DNA of 32,000 nucleotides from Sinorhizobium meliloti (GTDB taxonomy: Bacteria; Pseudomonadota; Alphaproteobacteria; Rhizobiales; Rhizobiaceae): NCBI RefSeq assembly GCF_017876815.1, contig NZ_JAGIOS010000001.1, positions 1,500,001 through 1,532,000 of the forward strand. Reading direction: 5' to 3'. Shown in pieces: positions 1 to 7,807 of this stretch (position 1 is its first letter; each line of letters begins with the position of its first letter). Position numbers and translations under genes: made by a program. Below the pieces are notes generated by a model, which ran no database searches, was not told where the DNA came from, and saw only the letters and a program-made list of their open reading frames with translations.

Positions 1-501
1 GGATGCGATGATCACGCCGAAGAGGCCCATGATCAGGAACGATCCGAGGCCCGAAAGGTCCTTCTTCGTCGTATAGCCGTAAAGCGACAGGGCACCGAAC
101 GAAGCAGCCGTCACGAAGAACGTCTGCACGATGCTCTGGCCGGTGAAGACCAGGAAGATCGACGACAGGGACAGGCCCATCAGCGCCGCATAGACCCAGA
201 AGGTCGTCTGCGCCGCGGAAACGCTCATGGAATTGATGCGGAAGCTCAGGAAGAACACCAGCGCAAGCGGCGCCAGCATAACGACCCACTTCAGGGGCGA
301 AGCGTAGATAAGCTGGGCGAATGCCGGATTAGAGGCGGCAAGCGCATAGGTTCCGTAAGCTGCCACGCCGGTAATCGCCAGGCCGAGAGCCATCAGGTTG
401 TAGACCTTCAGCATATAAGCGCGAAGGCCTTCGTCGATCACGGCACCCGCCTGAGCGCCGGCGGGCGACATTCGGGTTTGGTAGTTTCTCAGATCAGCCA
501 T
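1..501 (-). CDS. Bax inhibitor-1/YccA-family integral membrane protein, 5' part only (C-terminus lies beyond the window start)
   Basis: Open at the window edge, so absent from the ORF track. The reverse complement from ATG 501..499 (GAGGA just upstream) reads MADLRNYQTRMSPAGAQAGAVIDEGLRAYMLKVYNLMALGLAITGVAAY...FFVTAASFGALSLYGYTTKKDLSGLGSFLIMGLFGVIIAS. It is a run of hydrophobic helices with the YGYTTK.DLS block typical of BI-1/YccA/YbhL proteins. Confidence 0.8.
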   Translation of the reverse strand, partial: MADLRNYQTRMSPAGAQAGAVIDEGLRAYMLKVYNLMALGLAITGVAAYGTYALAASNPAFAQLIYASPLKWVVMLAPLALVFFLSFRINSMSVSAAQTTFWVYAALMGLSLSSIFLVFTGQSIVQTFFVTAASFGALSLYGYTTKKDLSGLGSFLIMGLFGVIIAS

Positions 502-705
502 TGTTTCCTCATTTAAGCCCCGGTTGAAGTTACGGTGTCGGGCGGCGAACCTTGTCGTTCCTTTGCGCGCCCAGGCGCCGCTGCGGGGCTCCAGCATGCC
601 TGTGGACAAATATGATGGTGAACGCCGTCATGCACAAGGGCGAAGCGCTTGGAATCGAACAAAGTCGGGCGGCCGGACCATCAAACTAGAGTGATTTACG
701 GTTAA

Positions 706-724
706 TTCGGCCATCGTGGCCGAA
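706..724 (-). terminator. Weak terminator-like hairpin downstream of ybbP
   Basis: TTCGGCCA-TCG-TGGCCGAA (8-bp stem) lies 24 nt past the ybbP stop. The trailing sequence on the minus strand (UUAACCGUAAAU) is only moderately U-rich. Confidence 0.3.
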
Positions 725-747
725 AGCGCGCGACAGGGATGGCAGGA

Positions 748-3339
748 TCAGAGTTCCCGCAGCACCGGAGCGGCCTTTTGCCCGAGGACGCGCCAGGTGC
801 CGGCGAGGCCGATCCCGACCGTCACGACCAGCGCAAGAACGATCGTAGCGACGGCAACGTCCGGCAGGAAGCTCGAGGGCAGGGTCATGATGCGGCTGAC
901 GACGAACCAGGCCGAAACGCCGCCGGCGAAGAGCGCGAAGACGGCAGTCGCCAGGCCGAGAATGACGTATTCGTAGCTAAAGGCGCGGATCAGGGTCGCC
1001 CGCGTCGCGCCGAGCGTCTTCAGGACCACCGCATCGTGGATGCGGGCACGGTTGCCGGCGGCAAGTGCGCCGGCGAGCACGAGGATAGACGCGATAAGCG
1101 CGACCGCCGCGGCGGCGCGCACCGCCGTTGCAAGCTGCCCGAGCAGCGTATTGACGATGTCGAGCGCGTCCTTCACACGCACGCTGGTGATCGTCGGATA
1201 GGCATTGGTCACCCTCTTCAACACCGCCGCCTCCTCCTCGGCCGAGGCGTCGGGATCGATGATGGTCGCGAGCCAGGCATGCGGGGCGCCGGCGAAGGTG
1301 TTCGGGGAGAAGACCATGACGAAATTGATCGACAGCGATTCCCACTCGACCTCGCGGAAATTGGCGATCCGGGCCGTGATGTTGCGGCCGAGCACGTTGA
1401 CGGTCACCGTATCGCCGAGCTTCAGCCCGAGTTCGCGGGCCTCCTCCGCCGAGAAGGAGACGAGCGGCTCGCCGCCATAGTCCTCGGGCCACCAGCTGCC
1501 TTCGGTGAGTTTCGAATTTTCAGGCCTGTTCCTGGCATAGGTGATGCCACGATCTCCGCGCAGCACCCATTGGCCGCCGGGGGGAACGTTGCGGCTGTTC
1601 ACATCCTCGCCGTTGAGCGCGACGATGCGCCCGCGCAGCATAGGCACTTCGATGATCTTGCCCTCCGGCATCGCTCCCGCGAGCAGGGAGCGGAAGCCTT
1701 CGATCTCGCTGCCCTGGATGTCGACGAAGAAGAAGTTGGGAGCGCGCTCGGCCATGTCGCCGGTGAGCTCGCGCCGCAGATTGCCGTCGATGAGCGCCAG
1801 CGTCACCAGAAGAGCGAGGCCGAGACCGAGCGACAGCACCACCGACGGCGTCAGGGCGCCCGGCCGGTGAATGTTGCCGATGGCCAATCTCAGCGCCGGC
1901 GAATTGACGCGCGGGCTGCGCCGCGCCAGCCAGGATATGAGGAGCGAAACCCCGCGCAGCACGATGAAGGCAAAGGCGATCGCGCCAAGGAAGATCAGCG
2001 AAATGTAACGGTCATAGGCGGTCCAGACCGCGAGCCCGGCAAGTGCTGCCAGGCAGATGAAGGCTCCGGCGAGATAGGGCAGGGCAGGCAAGCCCGTCGG
2101 CTCGAAACCCTGTTGCCGGAAAAGCGCAGTCGCCGGCACCCGGCGCGCCCGCCCGAGCGGCAGGATGGCGAAGGTCAGCGCCGTCAAGAGGCCGAAAAGC
2201 GCCGCAAGGCCCAGGGCGGAGGGATAGAGCACGAACGCGGTGGAGACGGGCAGCAGGCCGGCAAGGAACTGCGCTGCCACGAAGGGGATGAGGGCGCCGA
2301 GCACGAGGCCGATCGCGATGCCGATGAGGGCGATCATCAGGATCTGCGCAAGGTAGATCATCGCGACCAGCGACGCCGGAGCGCCGAGACATTTGAAAGT
2401 CGCGATGACGCTGCGCTTGCCGTCGAGATAGGAGCGCACGGCGTTGGCAACTCCGACGCCGCCGACGATCAGCGCCGTGAGCCCGACGAGCGTCAGGAAT
2501 TGGGAGAAACGCGTGATGTTTGCATTGAGGGACGGTGCGGCATTGCCGCTCGTCCGTATCGACCAGCCGGCGGAGGGAAAGCGGGTCTCGGCCTGCACGC
2601 GAATGAGCGGCACGTCTGCGGGATCCGGCAGGCGGACCTTGTAGGTGTGTTCGACAAGGCTGCCGGTCTGCACGAGCCCGGAAGCGGCAAGCGCATCGGA
2701 GGAAATCATCAGCCGCGGCGCAAAACCGAAGCCGTCGGAAAGAGCGTCGGGTTCGCTGGCGAGTGTCGCGCCGATCCGGATACGCGCATTGCCGATGAGA
2801 ATTTCCGCGCCGGGCGAGATGCCTAGGCGCTCGAGGAGTAAAGGCGCGGCGACTGCGCCGAACACTTCGCCGTCCTTGGCCAGCAACTCAGGGAGCGGCT
2901 TTGCCGGCTCGCTTTCGAGCTTGCCGTAAAGCGGGTAGGCGCCGTCCACGGCCTTGAGCTCCACCAGCGCCTGGTTGGAGCCGTCCGGAAGCCGCGCCAT
3001 GGAACGCAGACCCGCGGATACCGAAACCTGGCCGAGACCCTGGAGGAAGGCCCGCTCGTCCGCGGTCGCCACCCGATTGTTGAGCTCGAACCGGATGTCG
3101 CCGGCGAGCAGTTCCTGCCCCTGCGAGGCGATCGTTTCGCTGATCGACTGGGACAGCGAGTTGACCCCGGCGATCGCGGCCGTGCCGAGGGCGATGCAGG
3201 CGAGGAAAATATAGAAGCCCCTCAGGCCCCCGCGCATTTCCCTGAGCGCCAGACGAAGCGCGAACAGCGGGCGAAGCGCGAGCAGAGGGCGCAGGGAAAT
3301 CATCGGGCGCAGCCGCCGGGCGGCAACCGTCCCGCTCAT
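748..3339 (-). CDS. ybbP: FtsX/MacB-type ABC transporter permease, duplicated module (YbbP family)
   Basis: 863-aa ORF with two FtsX-like 4-TM modules (e.g. FKCLGAPASLVAMIYLAQILMIALIGIAIGLVLG and LKTLGATRATLIRAFSYEYVILGLATAVFALFAGG). Each module is preceded by a large soluble domain. Its ATG overlaps the stop of the upstream ATPase gene (ATGA at 3336..3339). It lies in the classic arrangement divergent from tesA. Confidence 0.9.
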   Translation of the reverse strand: MSGTVAARRLRPMISLRPLLALRPLFALRLALREMRGGLRGFYIFLACIALGTAAIAGVNSLSQSISETIASQGQELLAGDIRFELNNRVATADERAFLQGLGQVSVSAGLRSMARLPDGSNQALVELKAVDGAYPLYGKLESEPAKPLPELLAKDGEVFGAVAAPLLLERLGISPGAEILIGNARIRIGATLASEPDALSDGFGFAPRLMISSDALAASGLVQTGSLVEHTYKVRLPDPADVPLIRVQAETRFPSAGWSIRTSGNAAPSLNANITRFSQFLTLVGLTALIVGGVGVANAVRSYLDGKRSVIATFKCLGAPASLVAMIYLAQILMIALIGIAIGLVLGALIPFVAAQFLAGLLPVSTAFVLYPSALGLAALFGLLTALTFAILPLGRARRVPATALFRQQGFEPTGLPALPYLAGAFICLAALAGLAVWTAYDRYISLIFLGAIAFAFIVLRGVSLLISWLARRSPRVNSPALRLAIGNIHRPGALTPSVVLSLGLGLALLVTLALIDGNLRRELTGDMAERAPNFFFVDIQGSEIEGFRSLLAGAMPEGKIIEVPMLRGRIVALNGEDVNSRNVPPGGQWVLRGDRGITYARNRPENSKLTEGSWWPEDYGGEPLVSFSAEEARELGLKLGDTVTVNVLGRNITARIANFREVEWESLSINFVMVFSPNTFAGAPHAWLATIIDPDASAEEEAAVLKRVTNAYPTITSVRVKDALDIVNTLLGQLATAVRAAAAVALIASILVLAGALAAGNRARIHDAVVLKTLGATRATLIRAFSYEYVILGLATAVFALFAGGVSAWFVVSRIMTLPSSFLPDVAVATIVLALVVTVGIGLAGTWRVLGQKAAPVLREL

Positions 3340-4055
3340 GCGGACACGGCTCCCTGCCGGGCCGAGGCGGAGAGCCGTTCCGCGTCGGAGACGATTTCTC
3401 CCGAGCGGACGCGTATCTGTCTTTCGCAGCGTCCGGCGAGCGCCGCATCATGCGTGACGAGAACGAGCGTCATGCCACGCTCGCGCTGTTCGGCAAAGAG
3501 GAGGTCGGCGATCTGTCGGCCGGTCTCGGCGTCGAGGTTACCCGTCGGCTCGTCGGCGATCAGGAGCTTCGGAGAGGGCGCGAGCGCCCGGGCGATCGCC
3601 ACGCGCTGCTGTTCGCCGCCGGAAAGCTGCCCGGGGTAGTGCGTCAGGCGTTCGCCGAGCCCCACGGCGATCAGTTCCTTGCGCGCTGTGTCGAATGCAT
3701 TGCGGACATTCGCGAGCTCGAGCGGCACCGCGACGTTCTCAAGCGCGGTCATGTTGGGGATGAGATGAAAGGACTGGAAAACGATGCCGACATTGCGGCC
3801 GCGGAAATCGGCGACCGCGTCCTCGCCGAGGCGGTGGAGCGCCGTGCCGTCAATGATGATTTCACCGCCGTCGAGCCGCTCCAGCCCGGCCATGACCATG
3901 AGCAGAGTCGATTTGCCCGAGCCCGAGGGGCCGACGATGCCCACCGATTCGCCGGCATCGATCGCGAGGCTTACGCCCTTCAGCACATGCACGGACGCCG
4001 CGGCTTCGCCCAGCGTCAGATCCGCATTTTTCAACTCGATGATGGTTTTTGCCAC
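3336..4055 (-). CDS. ybbA: ABC transporter ATP-binding protein (YbbA/LolD-like)
   Basis: 239 aa. Walker A GPSGSGKST, signature LSGGEQQR, Walker B LLIADEPT. Translationally coupled to ybbP. Confidence 0.9.
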   Translation of the reverse strand: MAKTIIELKNADLTLGEAAASVHVLKGVSLAIDAGESVGIVGPSGSGKSTLLMVMAGLERLDGGEIIIDGTALHRLGEDAVADFRGRNVGIVFQSFHLIPNMTALENVAVPLELANVRNAFDTARKELIAVGLGERLTHYPGQLSGGEQQRVAIARALAPSPKLLIADEPTGNLDAETGRQIADLLFAEQRERGMTLVLVTHDAALAGRCERQIRVRSGEIVSDAERLSASARQGAVSA

Positions 4056-4125
4056 GCGAAAGAGCCCTATATGAAAATTGGATACGGATCATCAAACAAT
4101 TGTCCGCCGATTTAGGAACGAACCT

Positions 4126-4767
4126 ATGGCATTAAAAGACTTTCTGCCCATTTTATTCGGCCTGACAATGACAATCGTGTTATCGGCGGCGGCTCGCGCC
4201 GAGCCCGTCAGCCTCGTCGGCTTCGGCGACAGCCTGATGGCCGGCTACCAACTCCCCCCGGAAGATGCCTTCCCCGCCCGCCTCGAAAAGGCCCTGAAGG
4301 AAAAGGGGATCGACGTCACGATCGCCAATGCCGGCGTTTCCGGCGACACGACCTCCAGCGGTCTCGCCCGCATCGACTGGTCGATCCCCGAGGGCACCGA
4401 CGGCGTCATCCTCGAACTCGGCGCCAACGACGCGTTGCGCGGCATCCCTCCGGAGGAGACGCGCAAGAATCTGGAGGCGATGGTCGCACGGCTCAAGGAG
4501 CGCGGCGTCGCCGTCCTGCTCGCGGGAATGATGGCGCCGCCGAACATGGGGCCGGATTATGCGGCGCGCTTCAATCCGATCTATCCCGACCTCGCAAAGG
4601 AACACAATCTCGTTTTCTACCCTTTCTTCCTCGACGGCGTCGTCACCGAGGTCGGCCTGAAGCTCGACGACGGGATGCATCCGAACGGCGGGGGTGTCGG
4701 CGTCATGGTAGACCGCTTCCTGCCGACGGCGGAGCTTTTCGTCCGCTCACTTGCGAAAGGAGAATGA
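4126..4767 (+). CDS. tesA: SGNH/GDSL arylesterase / acyl-CoA thioesterase I-like, secreted
   Basis: ORF 4078..4767. I moved the start to ATG 4126, which gives the signal-peptide-like MALKDFLPILFGLTMTIVLSAAARA. SGNH blocks present: GDSLMAGY, GANDAL, DGMHP. Divergent from ybbA-ybbP as in many proteobacteria. Confidence 0.85.
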   Translation: MALKDFLPILFGLTMTIVLSAAARAEPVSLVGFGDSLMAGYQLPPEDAFPARLEKALKEKGIDVTIANAGVSGDTTSSGLARIDWSIPEGTDGVILELGANDALRGIPPEETRKNLEAMVARLKERGVAVLLAGMMAPPNMGPDYAARFNPIYPDLAKEHNLVFYPFFLDGVVTEVGLKLDDGMHPNGGGVGVMVDRFLPTAELFVRSLAKGE

Positions 4768-4781
4768 CAGCGCATCCACAG

Positions 4782-4797
4782 TTAAGGGAAGGTTAAC
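4782..4797. promoter_or_regulatory. Perfect CtrA-type box TTAA-N7-TTAAC
   Basis: TTAAGGGAAGGTTAAC read directly from the sequence. It lies 15 nt after the tesA stop and 85 nt before the thpR ATG. Confidence 0.35.
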
Positions 4798-4824
4798 GTT
4801 CCGACGGAACAAATAATGGTTGCG

Positions 4825-4861
4825 TGCAGATGCGATGCGTGATTCGCTTCAAGCATCTGCA
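4825..4861 (+). other. Hairpin in the putative thpR 5' leader
   Basis: TGCAGATGC-N19-GCATCTGCA (9-bp perfect stem). It ends 21 nt before the thpR ATG, just before the GGGGAG Shine-Dalgarno. Confidence 0.3.
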
Positions 4862-4881
4862 AGAGATTCGGGGAGCTCGCC

Positions 4882-5469
4882 ATGCCGAGACTGTTCACCG
4901 CCCTCGAAATTCCGCGCAATGCAGCAATGAGTCTTTCCTTGCTGCGCGGAGGTCTTCCCGGAGCTCGCTGGATCGATGTGGAGAATTATCACATCACGCT
5001 CCGCTTCATCGGCGACGTCGACTGGCGAACCGCCGACGAGATCATCGACAGACTTGACCGCATCGAACGGCCCGAGTTTCAGCTGCAGCTGTCGGGCACC
5101 GGCGCCTTCGGCTCCAAGAAACCGCATTCCGTCTGGGCCGGCGTCAGCATCGCTCCCGAAATGTTCGCCCTGCAGGCCGAAATCGAGCGCATCTGCCAGC
5201 GCATAGGGCTGCCCTCGGATCCGCGCAAGTTCACCCCGCATGTGACGCTGGCGCGCCTGCGCTCCTCGCGCGTCGAGGATGTCGTCGAATATCTCTCCGG
5301 GCGCGGCAATTTCGTCACCGCTCCCTTCACCGTCTCCCGTTTCGTGCTCCTGTCGTCACGCGACTCGGTCGGCGGCGGCCCGTATCTCACGGAAGAGGTC
5401 TTCCCGCTTCACGAAGAGCGCTCGAACCTCGCGAGCAACGAGGAGCATCCTGCTTCGAGCGTCTGGTAA
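4882..5469 (+). CDS. thpR: RNA 2',3'-cyclic phosphodiesterase (2H phosphoesterase, LigT/ThpR family)
   Basis: 195 aa. Both H-x-T-x motifs present (HITLRF and HVTLAR). N-terminus MPRLFTALEIP is typical of the family. Confidence 0.85.
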   Translation: MPRLFTALEIPRNAAMSLSLLRGGLPGARWIDVENYHITLRFIGDVDWRTADEIIDRLDRIERPEFQLQLSGTGAFGSKKPHSVWAGVSIAPEMFALQAEIERICQRIGLPSDPRKFTPHVTLARLRSSRVEDVVEYLSGRGNFVTAPFTVSRFVLLSSRDSVGGGPYLTEEVFPLHEERSNLASNEEHPASSVW

Positions 5470-5599
5470 AGCGCCCGAAGGCCTCCGCCGGCTCCTAGAC
5501 AGGGATCGGGAACGTCCTCGTCGTGCGGCAAGGATTGCGCGTGAACATTGTCGCGGGCAAGTTCGTTGTTAAGCACAGGATGCAGCAAGGAGGAACAGC

Positions 5600-5914
5600 A
5601 TGCGGCCGGAAAAATTGGACGCGGCGGCCATCGCCGAGCACTTGCACAAGATGGAGGGCTGGGTCCTTGCGGAGGATGGCGGCTCGATATGGAAGACCTT
5701 CCGGTTCAAGACTTTCGCCGAGGCCTTCACCTTCATGACGCAATGCGCCTTCGCCGCCGAAAAGCTTAATCATCATCCGGAATGGTTCAACGTCTACAAC
5801 AAGGTGGACGTGACGCTCTCGACTCACGACGCGGATGGACTGACCGAACTCGATTTCAAGTTGGCGGCAAAGATGGACCAGGCGGCGGAGGGCCGCATGC
5901 CCGACCATATGTAA
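5600..5914 (+). CDS. phhB: 4a-hydroxytetrahydrobiopterin (pterin-4a-carbinolamine) dehydratase
   Basis: 104 aa. Conserved core [49 protein letters not shown] Shine-Dalgarno. The last 8 codons lie inside a tandem repeat. Confidence 0.85.
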   Translation: MRPEKLDAAAIAEHLHKMEGWVLAEDGGSIWKTFRFKTFAEAFTFMTQCAFAAEKLNHHPEWFNVYNKVDVTLSTHDADGLTELDFKLAAKMDQAAEGRMPDHM

Positions 5915-5972
5915 TGAGGGCCGGATGCCCGACCATATGAAATAAGGGCCGCATGCCCGACCATTTGAAATG
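5891..5972. repeat. 27-28 bp tandem repeat, 3 copies, spanning the phhB stop codon
   Basis: The three units are GGCCGCATGCCCGACCATATGTAATGA (5891..5917), GGGCCGGATGCCCGACCATATGAAATAA (5918..5945) and GGGCCGCATGCCCGACCATTTGAAATG (5946..5972). Confidence 0.9.
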
Positions 5973-6045
5973 GCGGCCGCCACTCCCATATCAGGCTGCG
6001 GCACTACAATGCCGCGCAGTACCCTGAACGACCGGAATCGACGCG

Positions 6046-6423
6046 ATGGACGATATCAAGATCGGTGAAATCCTCCTCCCCGGCGAGGAATCCGAACAGG
6101 AGCGCAAGGAGCACAAGGTGCGCCGCCGGTTCTGGCCGACCTTCCGCCGGGCGGCCCGGCAGATTCCCTTCAGCCGCGACCTCGTCGCCGCCTATTATTG
6201 CGCAGTGGATCCGGCGACGCCGACGCGCACACGCGGCATTCTGCTCGCGGCGCTTGGCTATTTCGTGCTGCCGCTCGACTTCGTGCCGGACATGCTGGCC
6301 ATGATCGGCTTCTCCGACGACATCGCCGTTTTGACGGCCGCCTTTGCCGCGATCAGCGGCCAGATCAAGGAACGGCATTACCAAAAGGCCGACGAAGTGC
6401 TGCAAGACAGCGTCGAAAAGTGA
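6046..6423 (+). CDS. DUF1232 / YkvA-family small membrane protein
   Basis: 125 aa. Contains the characteristic LLAALGYFVLPLDFVPDMLAMIGFSDDIAVL block. Confidence 0.75.
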   Translation: MDDIKIGEILLPGEESEQERKEHKVRRRFWPTFRRAARQIPFSRDLVAAYYCAVDPATPTRTRGILLAALGYFVLPLDFVPDMLAMIGFSDDIAVLTAAFAAISGQIKERHYQKADEVLQDSVEK

Positions 6424-6433
6424 GTTGTCCCCG

Positions 6434-6585
6434 CTATTGCGACATCTGTGCGTCTGATCATACCCCGGCACTAGAGCGGGATGAGGAAAAGTGTGTGCGG
6501 TTTTCCGCCCGCATCCCGGGTCTCAACTTCTTGGAATCGATCACGTTCATGTTTTCAGGTCGACCCGACCTAAAAATATCGTGAT
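6434..6585. repeat. Mosaic of dispersed rhizobial-type intergenic repeat modules (three hairpin modules)
   Basis: Module 1 (6434..6476) is a degenerate copy of hairpin 2 of the 27799..28003 repeat: CTAttGCGACatcTGtGCGTCTGATcA. Module 2 (6477..6518) is a GGAAAA/TTTTCC-core hairpin that also occurs at 30995..31042. Module 3 (6539..6586) is GATCACG...AGGTCG-ACC-CGACCT...CGTGATC. Confidence 0.55.
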
Positions 6586-6641
6586 CTAAGGCCTGTTGAG
6601 ATTCAACCCCCTCTGGCCTGCCGGCCATCTCCCCCCCAAGG
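6586..6641. repeat. Left half of a palindromic REP-like element split by the IS (includes the left target-site duplication 6633..6641)
   Basis: Outer arm CTAAGGCCTGTTGAGATTCA (6586..6605) matches the reverse complement of 7849..7868 at 18/20. The inner segment CCCCCTCTGGCCTGCCGGCCATCTCCCCCCC aligns with the intact copy at 13161..13253. Confidence 0.6.
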
Positions 6642-7807
6642 CAGGGCTATCGCATATGAGCGATAAGAGAAGTGAGGAATTGGTCATCCCAGCCCGCCTT
6701 TTTGATTTTCCGGCGGATGGAGGCCTTGTCGGGGTGAGATCGCAAGAGGTTGAGAGCGATCTTGCGCAAGAAGGCAATGTTCTGAGGGCCGTTGTCCTTG
6801 CGGTTTCTGGCGGCGTCCTCGCGGAAGTGGACATCCAGAACCCAATGCAGTTTGTTTTCGATTTGCCAATGGGTTCTTACAACCTCGATCAGCGCGCTCG
6901 GCGACATGGTGGTGGAGAGCAGGAAGTAGCGGACATGGCTGGTCAAATGGCCGTTGGTATGACGGCTTGTGGTCTCGACGCAGCCGATGGCCTGCAGGCC
7001 CGGAAAGTTGATATCGTCGACAGCCACAACGCTGGCGCGGCGTGTCTCGGTGCGGTCATGGGCAGTCTCGGCTGCAATCTGGATGCTCTCGACGTGGTCG
7101 GCGTCCTCGATGCGGGCGAGCGCCTGGGCCAAGAGGCCGGGCTGGTTGGCCTTCAGTGCCAGAGCATAATCGCCGCCGGCAGCGAGGATGGCGCGGGCGG
7201 TGTCGGGCCGGCAATGCAGGGCATCGGCGGTGACGATAGAGCCCTCCAGTGCCAGCAGCGCGAGCGCATCGAGAGCCCCTTGCACCTCATTGCGGCCCGG
7301 CGCGAGCTTTTGGCCGATGACCAGACCGGGACCGGCAGCCCAGACATTGACGAAGTGGAGTGGCGTGGCCTTGGCGGCGCGCCGGTAGGCACCGCGCACC
7401 GCCTTGCCATCGATCGCTACCACCCCTTCGAGACCCTGCGCAAAGCTCGCCGTGAGACGGCGAAAGGCCGCGTCAAAGGCATCCGGATCGAGATGGCGGA
7501 AGACGGTGGAGAAGGTGTCATGGCTGGGAATGCCATAGGGCAGCGGCACGATTGTCTTCAGCCATTTCTTCTTGGCAACGCCGAAATCGGCCATATCGGT
7601 ACAGCTTTCCGCACCGCAGACAATCGCCGCAACGGCAATGAACAGGATCGACGTCAACGGATGGCGCGCATTGCGACCGCGCGGATCGGGCAAATCTTCA
7701 AAGCAAGCGGCAAATCTACTCATCGAGACCTCCAAGTCAGCGGAGAACTCCAAGAATCGATTTGCCGCAACAAAACAACCGCTTATTTGCTAAATGCGAT
7801 TCCCCTG
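6642..7807 (-). mobile_element. ISAs1-family insertion sequence, apparently intact (1166 bp)
   Basis: Imperfect terminal inverted repeats begin with CAGGG: CAGGGCTATCGCATATGAGC at the left end and the reverse complement CAGGGGAATCGCATTTAGC at the right end. A 9-bp direct repeat CCCCCAAGG flanks both ends (6633..6641 and 7808..7816). There is a single transposase ORF whose stop lies inside the left IR. Confidence 0.8.
6647..7723 (-). CDS. ISAs1-family (H-repeat type) DDE transposase
   Basis: ORF 6647..7753. I moved the start to ATG 7723, which is preceded by GGAGGT. N-terminal FEDLPDPRG...HPLTSILFIAVAAIVCGAES block and C-terminal THWQIENKLHWVLDVHFREDAARNRKDNGPQNIAFLRKIALNLL block are hallmarks of ISAs1 transposases. 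Confidence 0.85.
   Translation of the reverse strand: MSRFAACFEDLPDPRGRNARHPLTSILFIAVAAIVCGAESCTDMADFGVAKKKWLKTIVPLPYGIPSHDTFSTVFRHLDPDAFDAAFRRLTASFAQGLEGVVAIDGKAVRGAYRRAAKATPLHFVNVWAAGPGLVIGQKLAPGRNEVQGALDALALLALEGSIVTADALHCRPDTARAILAAGGDYALALKANQPGLLAQALARIEDADHVESIQIAAETAHDRTETRRASVVAVDDINFPGLQAIGCVETTSRHTNGHLTSHVRYFLLSTTMSPSALIEVVRTHWQIENKLHWVLDVHFREDAARNRKDNGPQNIAFLRKIALNLLRSHPDKASIRRKIKKAGWDDQFLTSLIAHMR

Noticed and set aside
513-528. TTAA-N7-TTGAA near the BI-1 gene start, considered as a second CtrA box
   Set aside because: It has one mismatch in the second half-site and lies only about 12-27 nt upstream of the start codon. That is too weak to report as a site.
739-2826. 695-aa plus-strand ORF
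   Set aside because: It is entirely antisense to the well-supported ybbP permease gene. Its translation is R/D/G/E/A-rich low complexity (RRDKRDRRGGAHRR...), as expected for the open antisense frame of a high-GC gene. No motif is recognisable.
5891-5972. Tandem repeats (here and at 27799..28003) considered as CRISPR arrays
   Set aside because: The units are directly contiguous with no unique spacers, there are only 2-3 copies, and no cas genes are in the window.
6198-6584. 128-aa ORF ending in SDHTPALERDEEKCVRFSARIPGLNFLESITFMFSGRPDLKIS
   Set aside because: Its 5' part overlaps the DUF1232 gene out of frame, and its 3' part is simply the translation of the dispersed intergenic repeat modules. 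It is a known type of spurious hypothetical protein.
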